Shown here: piece by piece, positions 27,371 to 41,129 of the stretch | Layout of the letters: each line of letters begins with the position of its first letter | Numbering within the stretch: the stretch's first letter is position 1 | Assembly (NCBI RefSeq): GCF_000497125.1 | Contig: NC_090601.1 | Coordinates: forward strand, 1,426,001-1,490,000 | Direction: 5' to 3' | Length of the DNA stretch: 64,000 bases | DNA from: Spironucleus salmonicida | Taxonomy: Eukaryota | The notes under the pieces: model-generated | What the model saw: the letters and a program-made list of their open reading frames with translations, nothing else | Database searches by the model: none | Told to the model about the DNA's origin: nothing | Translations under genes and position numbers: made by a program

Positions 27371-27878
27371 TTGTAGGGCGGACTTAATTTACAAAAGTTT
27401 GATTTATATCATAATAATCTACTTATTTAAATTAGTTTTTACAAAAATAATAACTCACTATATACGTTTTATATAGAATTTTTTCTGATTTTTCTTTATC
27501 TAATTTTAACTGTTTTTAACTTTGTATAAAATACGAATTACAAATAGTACTAGAATTCCTATTTTTAAGTATACTTTTGATAATCAAATTAAACAAAAAA
27601 TTATAGATTACATTTATGTCTTTTAATTTGAATATATAATTTTGATTAATTGTCCGCCAAAAATAAAATAAATTTTAGGAATCAGAATATTTTTAATGGA
27701 ATATGATTTATAAAAACTCTAATTACTATTATTTAAGTTATCATTATTATATTTTTTTAATAGGTATCACAAACCTGAAGTAGCTCCCTTGTTTCACGTT
27801 ATTAGAAAAATGCTGCTTGTTTAGGACTAATAACTCATAATAATTAAATAACCATTTCACTATAGTCCTTTTTATTAC

Positions 27879-28034
27879 TCAGCAATGATCGATTGAGTAA
27901 CTTAGTAGTATATCATTAATAAGTGCGTATTATTCTAATGTTCCGTTGCTGGAAAGCATAGAATTTGCGAATGAATACGTGTTAACTGATGGAGACTCTG
28001 GGCGGTTTATCATTTTGCCATTGGTTGTTCCCAT
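27879..28034 (-). CDS. Putative MG-start microprotein (51 aa)
   Basis: MGTTNGKMINRPESPS...DILLSYSIDHC-TGA; short, so support is weak. Confidence 0.4.
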
Positions 28035-28460
28035 TTTGCAGGGTTCGCATGATATGGTTTTAAAGAGAAAATAGTTATTATAATATCAAAATATATAGTT
28101 AATAGTATCAGTAGAAGTATGAGAGGAATTAGTTTGTCCATAATAATATATACTAAATTTAAAATAAATATTACTCTCATTATATAGACTACTTTTATAT
28201 AATATTTTATAAGAGATTATCGCCTAAGAAATGGAAAATATATTACAAGTACTAAATGATATTTAGAGGCCGATAAGTAGTTAAAATGGGGAGATTTAAC
28301 TGTTAAAATAAGATTAAATTATAATTTAGAGAAAATTAGATGGAATTTTGAATGTGGTACAAGATTAACAAAATTAAATTCAGGCTTTGTAATCATTGGT
28401 TGCTAAATTAGTTTAAGATAATATAATAAATGCAATCAAATAGTGAATCATAAAAATTCA

Positions 28461-29084
28461 TCAATAAATCACCTCTAAAGTTTTAAAATCTCTCCATTTC
28501 TTAGTTAATCTTGAAGATCTGTTTATATGCTCCACTATTGTGCTTGGTACTGTAAGGTCAGGCTAATATAACTTTAAATTTGGTTCATACTTCTTTCTGA
28601 AGCTTCTTTAAGTAGAATGTTTTGTGATTTAAATGTTGTAATCGCTTATTTTGGAATCTATTTACTTAGGTTAGGTATAATGTGCGTTTGATACCAAAAT
28701 AATAGGTACTTATATATTATGTTAGAAATAAAAAGATGGAATCTTATTAATCTTCATAGCTTATTCAGGAGAAATTGAAATAATATAAGATCCGTTTGAA
28801 AGGATAGACGAAACTTATCTAAAATTAAATCCTGACTTCATTAAAGTTTTTTCAACATCTTGATATGTAATATCTTCTGGGATATTAGATAAAAGATAGT
28901 ATTATGAGATATTTCTGTTGGCTTCAAATAAAAGATCCTCAAGTGCCATCCTAGAATTTAATTTTATGGTTGAAACTTACTGTCCTAGATTGAAAGAAAC
29001 AATATGCGTAGGAAATCTCTTCATTAGACTTGTAAAAACTTAGGAGAAATTATGTGTAGGAACAGAAGCCGTGAAAATTGCCAT
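28461..29084 (-). CDS. Hypothetical protein, possible degenerate RRM (207 aa)
   Basis: YLLSNIPEDITYQDVEKTL resembles RNP2 plus helix 1. Confidence 0.5.
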
Positions 29085-29126
29085 TTTATTTACTTATATG
29101 ATAATTTAATATAATATTTATATAAT

Positions 29127-29414
29127 TCACAAGAAACTGTCGTTAGTCAAATTAGAATCATAAAATAATGGTATCTAATAAGACAATGATTGTTAACTTA
29201 ACTCCTGTTAGCTTAAAAAACTGTCACAAATATCTATTTGCTCTATATTTTCTTTGTTAACTAATGCAATATTAATATTTTCGGTATATTCAGATATTTC
29301 ACAATCTAATATGCTAGATCGAATCCTATTAAGCTATAAATGTGAATTCTAAGGTGTTTTACTAGATTTAATATACTACAAACTTTATAGTTCTTTCGTT
29401 TGTGCGGCTCCCAT
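29127..29414 (-). CDS. Small acidic protein with N-myristoylation motif (95 aa)
   Basis: MGAAQTKEL...SSILDCEISEY; paralogue of 2262-2558. Confidence 0.65.
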
Positions 29415-30206
29415 TTAATTTTGGCGTAAAGCTTAGTAAATTTAAATATATAAAATTATATTATGTATATGATTATTCCCATTTAAATATAGAATCTAAA
29501 AGTTGAATAATTATGTAATATAAATATAAAAGAAGTAGGCATAGAATTCTTAACCCCAACTATACAAAATTCAATAATTAAGGAAAACCATTTATAATAA
29601 TAATAGAAGAAAATTTCTTTAGAATCTAAGCTATAACCAAAAATGATATTAACATTAAAACCTGTTTTAGAAGGCTAATGATAAAGATACTTATTTTTGA
29701 AAGATTTATATAATAAGATCTTATTTTCAGAAACATAGGTTTATGTATACAAGTTCGATAGTATAACTTATATATTGAGCTATATAATAGAAATATGCAT
29801 ATTAGAATAACGATTTCCTATTATATATTCTAGTAGGTAATTATATAACTTACATGTATTATATAATAACTATTTTTTAAACTCCCAATACGAAAAAATA
29901 AAGGCAATAAAAACTAAAAGTACTTACCATGTTTTAAAATTTAAATAACCGAAAGTTATAGCACTACTAGGATACGATAACAATAATGCTGATGTTCTAA
30001 GATTTTTATTTAATTTATAAATATAAGTGTAATATTTTAACTTAAGATTTATAAGTTTTAGTATAATTAGCTATTAACAATTATATAGTTTTCTATATAC
30101 TTATGCTTATAGTTATACTTTATTGGTTTAAATAATTCTCTAATTTATATATAATATTTTATTATAAAATAATATATTATATACTAGTTAATCTAGATAA
30201 AATAAA

Positions 30207-31193
30207 ATGTATGCATTACGAAACTATACAATTACTACATTTTTCAACAGTAAAGTTAAGATCCCATTTTTAAATAATCTAGAATGGTAAGATTAGAATC
30301 CTTTATTATATCATACTATTCATTCTGACATCTTAACTTCTGATTTCGCTTCAAGTTTTTTAAATTTGAACCATAAAGCAACACTAAAATTTAAAACGTT
30401 ATTCGAATAATTCTTTATAGCTATTTTCAGCAATCTTCCCTCATCTTTGTATTATATTTACAATTGTAATTTAATAGATTTATTCGTTCCTATTTTTCTA
30501 TCTTTCGTAACCATGTCCTCAGTATTAGATGCTAGAAAGTTCTTTTTCACTACAGAAGCAGATTTCAAGCCATTTTATGGCAATCCAGAATAATTCTATT
30601 CTGGTTTTGATGTATTATTAAATGTTTCAAGTCATATTTTACGACGATTAGTGAAATGTAATTTAAGTTAAGATAGCATATCATAATTTAGTGTTGATGT
30701 ACTTCAAAGGGTGGAAAAAGAAAATATTAAATTGCATAAAATTTTAATCGAAAATAATTTCACACTAGATGATACGCTGGTTATTGGGTTCGGTATTCAG
30801 TATATTTAATCTATAGATGTTAAATGTACAATTGTACAATCCTTTTTAGAATTTAAATATGCTGAAAAAGTACTTTTTGTTGCTAGATTTATAATTTCAC
30901 TAATCTTTTCAGTTTAATAGCTAATAATTTCAACAGACTTTTTTTAGAAACTTAAATGCTAGCAAGTTCAAATTCTTCATTATAGTGAAATTAACGACCA
31001 ATTAGTAATTTAATGTCTTAAATCAGCATTTTAAGATACTATAAACATAAAAATACTAACTTAACTGATTTAAGATGCTCAATTGTCTATTAGCAATTCA
31101 AATAAAATTAAAGCAGTGTCAGTTTCTACAGGAGTATTAGGAGTCGTTGGTGGAGTTGCAGGTGTAATTTTAGGATTAGTATTCAGTAAGTGA
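30207..31193 (+). CDS. Hypothetical tail-anchored membrane protein (328 aa)
   Basis: C-terminal Gly-rich TM segment AVSVSTGVLGVVGGVAGVILGLVFSK; ends AAG TGA. Confidence 0.6.
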
Positions 31194-31243
31194 TATTTGT
31201 AATTAAACTATAATCTGTTAATATTAATAAATTGCAACAAATC

Positions 31244-32920
31244 TCACTACATCGCAGGTTTTTTACTCAATACTGATCCATAAAACTTCTTGTCTCTAAT
31301 GATGATCACAAAGCTCAAAAGTACACCAACTATAAGCATAAATACCCAAAACCAGATTATTCCTGAACCTTAATTAGGCCAGTTCATTACACTAAGCATA
31401 CCACTAATTGGAGGATACACAAATTAGCCTATACTTAATATAACACCACTGACAGCATACGCTGCATTTAATTGCTAGTCTGTACAAACATAAGTAAATA
31501 AACTCTTTCCTAGCGCGCTTGCACTTCCATCGAAAAATCCTATAATGAACATACCTATATATGGTGTAATTTGACCAAAAAATAATAATGATACAAAAGA
31601 AATAGCTGTAATAATAAAAGCTAAAAATTAAAAAACTGGTCTCTAGCCAACAAACTAAACTAAAAGACCAGAGATTGGGCCTCCTAATATTGATGCAATA
31701 GATCTAACGATTCCAGCCATTTCAGCGTAATCAACGTGCATGGCTAAATAGGTGATAAGCATTGTTTATGCACCGTAGCAGATAGAAAGAAGCTGACAGA
31801 ATGTGATGTTAATGAGCCAAAAATCGAGCGAAAGAGAGAAATATTTGAAGATTTTGTAAATAAAAGACATATTATTAGGAGTTTTGGGAACATTTTTAAG
31901 TTTTTTTGCAAAAAGCTCTTACATCTACTTATTAGATTCAATTATCGCTTATTGCGCTTAAATATGATGATTAAATAGCTTATCCATGGAATCCTCACTA
32001 TCCAAATTATCAGAAATACTATCATCAAACTATTCAGCCTATGGTTAGATTTTATTGTTCTACTCTTCTTTAGCTTTTATGTCCTTATCTAGTTTCATTA
32101 ATGGTAAACAAAAACCAATAAAACCAACTAAGCTTACCACAGAAACATAAAAGTTAAGCCAAAACGTCTACTAGTACATAACGAGAAATTTGGTATTCTC
32201 ATCTATAGTCCCATCAACTTTAAATACCAACCCCTTCATCATAACAGGAATTACGAAAAAACTAATCAAATTAGCACTTGTAGCTATGCTCATACAGACT
32301 CCAAACCCTAAACTGCTTAATTTTGCTGGTAAATACTAAACAATCAGACCACTTTGAACACTGAAGCTAGCCTCCTAGAAAAGCCCAGCTAGAATTCGCA
32401 TCCAAAACAACCCTTAATAGTTTCTACTCACAAATACCATAGGAACAGCGACCAGGCAATTAAAAATATTCATTCCAATGCCACTCCAAATTGAACCAAT
32501 TCTGTCCAAAATCGGTGCACATATAATTGGCATAAACAAAGAAGGGAAGAAGATGCATGAAGACAAAAGACCTAGTTATGAATCGGTTATAGGCATTACT
32601 TGCTGCATATAAATTTGCTGTGCTGCAATTGAATCTGCAATGTAGAGGCCCGAAAAGGCGGCCAAGGTAGCACTAATGAAAGTTGAAATAATTTAAAATA
32701 TAGAAGGTTCTACCCCTTTCGACTCTGGCTTAACTTGTGGTTTGGCAACTGATCTGATGTTCGAATAAAGAGGTACAACGTGTGAAACTTAGGAATTCGA
32801 AAATATCGTTGTTCTAGAAAACATTGTTGGTATTGCTACTCTAATCTAAGTATTTCCATAATTTTTCTTAAGCTGAGATATTAAATTAACGTGTCTTGAT
32901 GTGGATTCAACTTTGTGCAT
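31244..32920 (-). CDS. Major facilitator superfamily transporter
   Basis: Multiple hydrophobic helices in two halves, motif A-like APILDRIG and a central acidic loop. Confidence 0.8.
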
Positions 32921-33748
32921 TTTATGAGTGTAACAGATTAAAATGAATATAAATTATTAGATTTACTGATAAATATCCTCTCTGTAAAAATTTGTTGTTC
33001 ATATATTATATTAATAAAATATATATTATAATTAGAAAAGAAATTTGTAGATATATTTAATATAAACATAATATATGAACAATAAATGGCACATAAACTT
33101 TAAATAGGATAATATATGAAATGTTTATTTTAATTATACACTTAAATTACATTTGAATTTAATTTATCTTCTTTTACTAGTTCTTAATTTTAGACAACTT
33201 ACAATCTTCGATAAATATTACAAATAAAACTAAAACTTTGGTTATAACAATTATTGCTAAGCAAATAATCTAAACATAGTATATTATTGGTATAAGTGAA
33301 GCTTAACGGAAAATAGTTTTTCTCAGTACTATTTTACAGGTCAATATTCTTATTTGAACTATGTGTCTGTAAACTTATTAAATAGATTATTAAAAACCTA
33401 TTTATTATTAAATTAACTCTCATAAGTTATAACATAAATTGTAATAAAAATATAACTACAAATTTTATTAATTTGCATAATAAACTAACTGTCTCAATAT
33501 AAAATTAATTGAACTTACTATAAAAAATGAAAACTATTATATAAAAAGAAAGTACACACACAACATATAATTAATAAGATTCGATAATTTTATATTAATA
33601 GTTTATAAAATTCAACTTATAGTGATATTACAATCTTGAAAATTAAAATCATGCTTTAATCGAATGATATATATTTCAGAAAATACTGTATATTTATCTA
33701 TTTCATTATCAAATATCATCTATACAAAATTGCTATTTTCAATCACTA

Positions 33749-36139
33749 TCATCCCTCATTATCACCCTCCAAGTCCTCACGTTTGCAACCAATTTCGATA
33801 TTTTTCAATACAAAATTTACAGTTTCACTATCTAATTCCATCATTTGAACTATTTCTAAATGTTTGGCCTTAAATTTCTCTCCAGTAACCAGCTGAATAC
33901 AACTGGCTGCTATCACCAACGATTCCTCTAAATTTTATTTATTTTATTAAACTGATAGAATTATTTAGTTCAAAATGACCTAAAAATTTTGTTGAAGTAC
34001 AAATGAAGGGTTTCTACTAAGTTAATTAATAATTGTTTATGCGTAGATTCTGCATTTTACAAACTATGAAAATAATAGTTAAATAATAATTGTTATATCA
34101 GTTCCAATTTTAATTGAATTACTGAAAATCAGATTGCTCAAAGTGATTAAAAATTACTACTAAATGCTTGCAACAGTAAAATATGTTGAATTAAAGATTA
34201 TCAATAAAGTTTTGAAAAATACCCCAAATTCTGCAGGACTGCGTAATATAATTACCTGGATTGATTTTATAACTTCAATAATAACAGTTTCAGAGCTTTC
34301 CTGATTCACTAATAAAATTACATTATTATATATTTCTTCAATTAAAAACTAAACAAAATTTCCATTTTCTACTTCTAAATTCTAAGGCAATGCTGCGATA
34401 AACCCAAATATTGCATTAATAATTATTATTGATAAGTCGTTTTTAGAATTTTTTATTAAAACTGATAAAATTTAGTTTCCTGCATAACATGCATGAATTA
34501 AGTAAGAATATTCTTGAATTTCAGTATATTCATCACGAATTTCTGCAATTGCTGAAATAGAATTCAATTTTGATTTACCACTTTATTTAAAATTAGTGAA
34601 TTAGGTGTTAAAATCATCTAAAAACATAGCTAAAATTGATGAATAGTAGATATAAATAACCTGTTAATACAATGAACTTGCACGTCTTGACATTTTACCA
34701 AATAGTTGATCAATTTATGCCTTATTTGATAATAAAAATAGTTTTAAAACCGAGCTATAGCAAGCAGTCAATAACATTTCAACCCCATTTAAAATTTAAC
34801 TCTAAAATGCTTAAAACAAATCTGGAAAAGGAAAAACTAGCTCTTAATTAGGAAGATAGAAAAGTGGAAATAACACATTGAAAACAATATTACATAATTA
34901 ATTAAGTATTTTTGTATCTTTTTCACTTTTAAAGATTTCATTAATTTTGCAGAATAAATTTTACATTATTTTACTGTTAACAAATATTTCGGGCTTAATT
35001 TTGCTTATTTATAATAATACTAAGCTTGCCTGGTATTATACATCTGCTCCAGTTATGATCAAGTTTACCAAATAATTGATATCTGATTATTATACAATTA
35101 ATAACCCAATTAATCCAGATGCTACCGTATTAGCTGTTTCTTCATTAATTCTCATATAAATTTCAATTAAATTTACAATTTTTTACTCTAAAAATTCCAC
35201 AAAAAATTTTGTCAGATTTTCTTTTACTGAAAACGCTAAAAATGGTGTTTTGAGGCTTGATGCAAACAAATTGCATACTGCTAAAAATGCATTTTCACAC
35301 CCATCGACTTTTAGCGTAATAGCTCGTTTTACTACATTTAAAGCCGCTATAAAATCACTTTTTTCAGTAAAGCTTAACATTTGAACACTCTTCGTAAGAA
35401 TGATATTTTAGTTAGTTTCATCATCTAGAAAACGCTCTGCACAGTTGCACGCTGCACGCCGTACAGAAACGTTTTTATCTGTTAGGCGGGATAATATTTC
35501 TGGCGTGAATTCGGATAAATATGTGAGGGCTGCGACTCTTACAGAGTAATTTTAATCTAAAAGAAGCTAAATCGCTGAATTTTATGATGATTCAGCAGCG
35601 ATTTTACGAAGATTTGGTAGGTCAGAAGCTTAGAGGAAAGTTGTTGTGATAAGTGGTGCAACAGCACGTAAGAAGTCCAAAGATAGTATCTAAGCATGAT
35701 TTTCCACTAAATTCTATAAGGAATTTGGAGTGAATTGTTATAGTAGTGGAGATAGGAAGTTTTATGACAACGTGATAAAAGATGGTGGTGATTAAAGGAG
35801 TGGTAACAGTGATTCTGGGTTGGATGTGTTATTTAGAGTTTGAATTGCAAGTTCTCTAACTCGCTTTGCATGCTGTGTTGAACCAGACGTTAGAGCTGCT
35901 GCAGAGAAGAAAAGAGTTAAGTTATTGATAATTTATGGATCATTAAGTTATTAAATAGAGAAATCTGAAAGAGTTTTTTAGAGTGTATGATAAAAATCAA
36001 TTATTGGGAGTGAAAGATGTGGTAAAGGTGGAACTGTTGACAAAAAGGCTTAAATTTACTCTAATTATTAGTCTGGATCTAGTTAAAATTATTAAAGTAA
36101 TTATACGACTGAATCGATGGAATCATAGTTTACATCCAT
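33749..36139 (-). CDS. HEAT-repeat protein (possibly Pds5/condensin-type)
   Basis: HEAT motifs LLDQNYSVRVAAL and RLTDKNVSVRRAAC; acidic tail. Confidence 0.65.
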
Positions 36140-36215
36140 TTTAATAAATTTTATAGAAATTATATACTTATAGGTATATAATATGAATATAAATATAAAT
36201 CGAACCACTCCTTTA

Positions 36216-36779
36216 ATGTTTCTAACATTGTTGCTTGCAGAGAAATCTCCTATGATTACTCATCATGCATTCTTTAAAATCAGTATTGATGATAAAGAGG
36301 TAGGTATAATTAAAATTGGGCTCTTTGGGGATGTCGTACCTCAAACTGTCAAAAATTTCTTTGAACTTGCTGGGCGCTAGCATGATTTCAGCTATTAAAA
36401 GTCTATTTTCCATCGTGTTATTGATAATTTTATGATACAGGGGGGAGATTTTGAAAAAGGTGACGGTAGAGGTGGAAAATCTATATATGGTCCTAAGTTT
36501 GATGATGAAAATTTCTCTATCAAACACAGGAAATTTTCGCTTTCTATGGCTAATTCTGGAAAAAATACTAATGGGTCTCAATTTTTTATCACAACCATTA
36601 TTACTCAATGGCTGGACGGCAAACATGTTGTATTTGGTCATGTACTTTCCGGACAGGATCTTATTATGAACATTTCTAAGGTTAAAGTAAATGGTAATTC
36701 TAGACCTCTGTAAGAAGTTAAGATTTCAGAATGCTGGGCTGAAGAAGCTTAATAAAAGTACCAACTAGACGATTACTGA
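36216..36779 (+). CDS. Cyclophilin-type peptidyl-prolyl isomerase with signal peptide (CypB-like)
   Basis: [42 protein letters not shown]; leader MFLTLLLA. Confidence 0.95.
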
Positions 36780-36791
36780 TAAGCAATTATT

Positions 36792-37559
36792 TCACTCGTA
36801 AGCCCCATTCAAAAAAGCTTCAATTTCGTCGAACTCAGCCTTTTCTATTTCTTGATATTCTCTTAAGGTACCTCTGATAAATCCTATTCTACTATCTATT
36901 TCCTATATCACTTTGGCTACATCTTTTATTTCATATGCACTGCACATTAAGCTAAAATCCATCATTGTTCTAACAGCAAAACGTTATATTTAGTTATCAT
37001 TTTCATACTCAAAAAAGTTCTCAATACGGTGCTAATCTTCAGGAGATAGCAAATCCACCTTATTAAGGATAGGAACAAATGGATATGGAAAACTGCTAAC
37101 AACTGCAGCCATTTGAAGGCCCAAGCTAATAAATTTAGAGTAGCTGAGGCATTATGTCCCATCAACGACAAAAACTATTCCCAAGTTTACTCCAATTTTT
37201 TGAAATATCATTTTGAGTGAATCATGGGCTACATATGCCTCAACCTATCCTGGAATATCAAAGATAAAATAACAATCTTCATTTTCTAGAATAAAATTTT
37301 ACAATATTTCTACATTAGCCTCCAAAAATTCCAAGCAAAAATTAACAGCTGCATTAGGCCCAATTTTGTGAAATTGTTATACTTCTGAAACATTAATCAA
37401 TGATTTAATATCAAAATCAGCTTCTTATAAAGATGCTGGGTCTAAACTTACAACCTTGAATTTTCTCTTCATATAATTAAATAAATTTCCTATTTCTGTT
37501 GTAAATGTAGTTTTTCCAGCTCCGGGTGTTCCTAATAATGCTATACCGTAAATATTCAT
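36792..37559 (-). CDS. GPN-loop GTPase (GPN2/3 type)
   Basis: GTPGAGKTT, LDPA, IGPNA, FDIPGQVE; the conserved Gln is encoded by TAG. Confidence 0.92.
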
Positions 37560-37668
37560 TTTACTAACACCTAATATTGATTATTATACAATATATTTAA
37601 AATTATTCTTTTTTTACTAATATCTAGTATTATACGAATTATGGAACCCGCCTTGCACCACTCCTCCG

Positions 37669-38139
37669 ATGACACCATCTGCTATCTGCAACCAAACTAT
37701 TTAGCTCCTCACTTATGCCTAATCTCTACCGCTACTCACAGAAATTTCTGTAGATAGTTTATCATCAACTTTGGGTCAGCCAAAGCGTCGTATTTATGAT
37801 GTTTTGGCGGTTTTAGAAGCATTGGGCGCAATTTAGCGCAGCAACCGAAGCTTCACATTAACGCCCAACGGAATTCCTGGAATATCATCTGTGTCAGAAC
37901 TCACGCACCGGATACTGAACAGACTGCAAACGAAGTAAATGACAGCAAAGTAGGTTTTTAAATCATTGAATTGTAGCAGTAATGAGATCAGAAGAGGATA
38001 TGATATTCTATAGGTACTAGTGGGTGCTGGTAGATTGGCAGTTGGGGATGATGGTGTCTTCTGGTTTTTATAAGAGGATAGCGAGTATATCGATGCACTC
38101 GTGAGGCTCGCTCTGGGTTAGTATGCAGTAAGTGAATGA
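37669..38139 (+). CDS. Atypical E2F-family factor with two DNA-binding domains (156 aa)
   Basis: KRRIYDVLAVLEALG and IRRGYDILQVLVGAG. Confidence 0.85.
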
Positions 38140-38146
38140 TGATTTT

Positions 38147-38362
38147 TCATTAGAATTTCAGGGCCAATGGGAACCCAGAAAGGCGCTCAAGCTGTTCTTG
38201 ATTTAATAATATTTGTTTATTTTTAATTAGCTTCTCTGCTAATATAGATGTTTACTTGATTGCATTAATAGAGTTATAGTATTTACTAATAAGAATAGTA
38301 GCACTAAGCTTATCTTTAATCGGTAAGACTCTGTATAGTTTCTATAAGTTGTAAGGCAGCAT
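38147..38362 (-). CDS. Hypothetical small protein (71 aa)
   Basis: MLPYNLQKLYRVLP...; converges tightly on the E2F gene. Confidence 0.35.
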
Positions 38363-38548
38363 TTTTAATATTAATATTTATTAAATAGTAAATTTTATAC
38401 ATAAAATGTAATGTTATACGATTGAAAAATATTTATCGTTATTATATAAATTAATAGATTATTTAAACATGTAATAATAATGGGATTATAAATTTTCAAA
38501 TACTATGAATATATATTAATAATATCTTACAGTAAAATATTATCGATA

Positions 38549-39298
38549 ATGATTCAGTTTTCAAAAAATTATTAGTCATTGATCATTGATGATACAATTG
38601 TATTTAAGACTAAAACACGCAACACAAAGTAAAAGAGTAGATCATTGTCTAAAATTGAATCATCAATATCGATTTTTTCCTAATAAAGTTAATTTTATTT
38701 TACACCAACTAAATAGGAAACAAAACTAAAACCAAACTATATACAAGATTAATAGACAGACAAACACTATGAAAATCAATTTATTGAACCATATGTAGTA
38801 AAAACATTAACAGATACCTTTTTTTCTGTGATTAATACATTATAAAAAGAAGTAGTCATTAAAATTGCAATCAATTCGTTTAACGAATGCAAAAAACACT
38901 ATTTAGACATAATGCATATAACTTAAGAGAGAATTGATGAATTTAGATAGATATATTAAGAAATGGGGAAACCGCGAATAGTTAGAGCCGAAAGCATAGT
39001 TAGGGGCCCTAATAATCTGGAGCAAGTTATTTTTCATAAGGATTATAGGAGATAATAGTAAATGTCGATAACTGGGAACTAAAAAGATTTTTTTCATCAT
39101 TAGCTTATTAAATATATGAGAAATCTGCCATAAACAAAAAATAATTTAATAGAAAGTATAAGATAGCATGTTATAAAAGCTATAGGGATTGTTAAATGTT
39201 GGGATAAAGATAGGTAGCGGAATATTGTGTACAAAAATACAATGGCTATAAATAACGAAGAAACATCTTCAGAATCTGATCAAGCGTATTATAAATGA
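38549..39298 (+). CDS. Hypothetical protein (249 aa)
   Basis: Open under table 6 from ATG to TGA. Confidence 0.5.
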
Positions 39299-39684
39299 TC
39301 TTATTGTTCATGCTTTACTATTTGCATCTTTTCCTTTTATTTTATACATAACGATTCAATTTGATTCAACATGTGAATCTGGAACTAGGCGAATTTAGTA
39401 CATACTAATGCATTTATATATGGTTTGGTATTATTAGATGATATTCTGAATTTAATTTGATATTTCTTATGATATTATAGTTTTTGGGGATGAACAAATA
39501 ACCAATGCTATTTGTTATAAATGATTGACTAATTTTGTATATTTAAATGAATAATTGATCAAGTCATATTATGATTACAGGTCTATAAATATTTATATAT
39601 TAATCAGTATAATTATTTTGTATACTTAAAAATTAATATACAATAGTATTTGTTAATATATTATACCACTTCAATCGCAGCAAA

Positions 39685-40599
39685 ATGTCAATAGATGTTG
39701 ATCGACTCATTGCTTTAGCTTCTGAAGGGAAACTGCTATCTGAGTAACAAATAGGATAAATATGTGGATTACTACGTCCTATTTTATCAGGTGAACCGAA
39801 TGTTGTGAATATTTCTGCTCCTTGTACAGTAGTTGGAGATATTCATGGACAGTTTTATGATCTACTCGAAATGTTTAGATATTGTGGTCGTCCTCCATAT
39901 GCAAATTATCTATTTTTGGGAGACTATGGTGATAGAGGTTACATGTCAGTTGAATGTACAACATTACTGTTGCTTCTTAAACTTAGATATCCAAAAAGAG
40001 TAATTTTACTTAGAGGAAACCATGAATCGCGCTAAGTTACATAAGTTTATGGATTTTACGATGAAGTTATACGTAAATATGGAAATCTTACGGTTTGGAA
40101 GCATTTTATGAATATTTTTGATTGCTTACCTCTAGTTACTGTTGTAGAAAATGTAATTTATTGCGTGCACGGGGGATTATCACCCTCAATAGATACTATC
40201 GAATAAGTTAAAAAGATAGACAGGTTTTAAGAAGTACCTCATGACGGTCCAATGGCCGATTAAATGTGGTCTGATCCTGAAACCAGACAAGGATGGGGAA
40301 GATCTCCAAGAGGTGCCGGTTATACTTTTGGCTAAGATGTATCAGAACAATTTTTAAGACAAAATGGCTTGAAAATCATTTGTAGAGCACATCAATTAAC
40401 AATGAATGGTTATCAATGGAACCACAATAAACAAGTAGTAACAATATTTTCAGCTCCAAATTATTGTTAGAGAAGCGGAAATCGGGCTGCAGTAATGGAA
40501 TTAGACGACAGAGCTAATTACAGCTTCATTTAATACGAATTTGCACCCAGAAAAGGCGATGTTTATGTCGGTAGAAGAGCACCTGAATATTTTTTGTGA
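39685..40599 (+). CDS. PP2A-C: PP2A-family Ser/Thr phosphatase catalytic subunit
   Basis: [35 protein letters not shown] and C-terminal RRAPEYFL. Confidence 0.93.
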
Positions 40600-40653
40600 A
40601 AAATTTAAATCAATATTATATAAACTTTATAATTATTATTTTCCCTTCCACAA

Positions 40654-41058
40654 ATGTCCTCATTCGATGATGAATTAATGCCATAATTCGACGAGCGTTT
40701 TTGCTCCTGCGGGTCGCTAATTCGCCCTGCAGCAGTAAGATTTATTGAAGACGGTCAACACATTTTCAGACTTTTCGACCAGTGCGTTAACTACGAAAGC
40801 AACGACGAGCACACGCGAAAGGTGCGTACAGAGCACTCCTTGCTCCAGTCTGCGGCCCAGCAGCACAAACTAAGCCAGTTCGAGATATCGGCTCTCTGCA
40901 ACAACCAGCTTTTGGAGAAGATTATATTGCCCTGCAAGAAATGTGCTTCTGATTAGGTGCATGTTAAGTTTCTCAAAAATATGAATGACATGACTTTTCT
41001 GGTCGTTTGCGTGAAATGTGAATTACTTTCAGACTATAAAGATGTCTGGGTCAAGTGA
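40654..41058 (+). CDS. RPB9: RNA polymerase subunit RPB9-like zinc-ribbon protein
   Basis: N-terminal FCSCGSLIRP and C-terminal CKKC...DMTFLVVCVKC zinc ribbons. Confidence 0.65.
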
Positions 41059-41129
41059 AAAATATACAAACTAAATTAATGATATTAAAGGATATAATAA
41101 TAATTTATTGTATTCTTCACTTCTTCAAA

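Noticed and set aside
38137-38200. Possible SECIS or box C/D element after the E2F TGA-TGA
   Set aside because: No convincing quartet or box D geometry; the GC-richer patch is explained by the 3' end of the small minus-strand ORF.
40468-40470. TAG = Tyr, suggested by PP2A SAPNYC*R
   Set aside because: It is a single site, and TAG matches invariant Gln in galactokinase and GPN.
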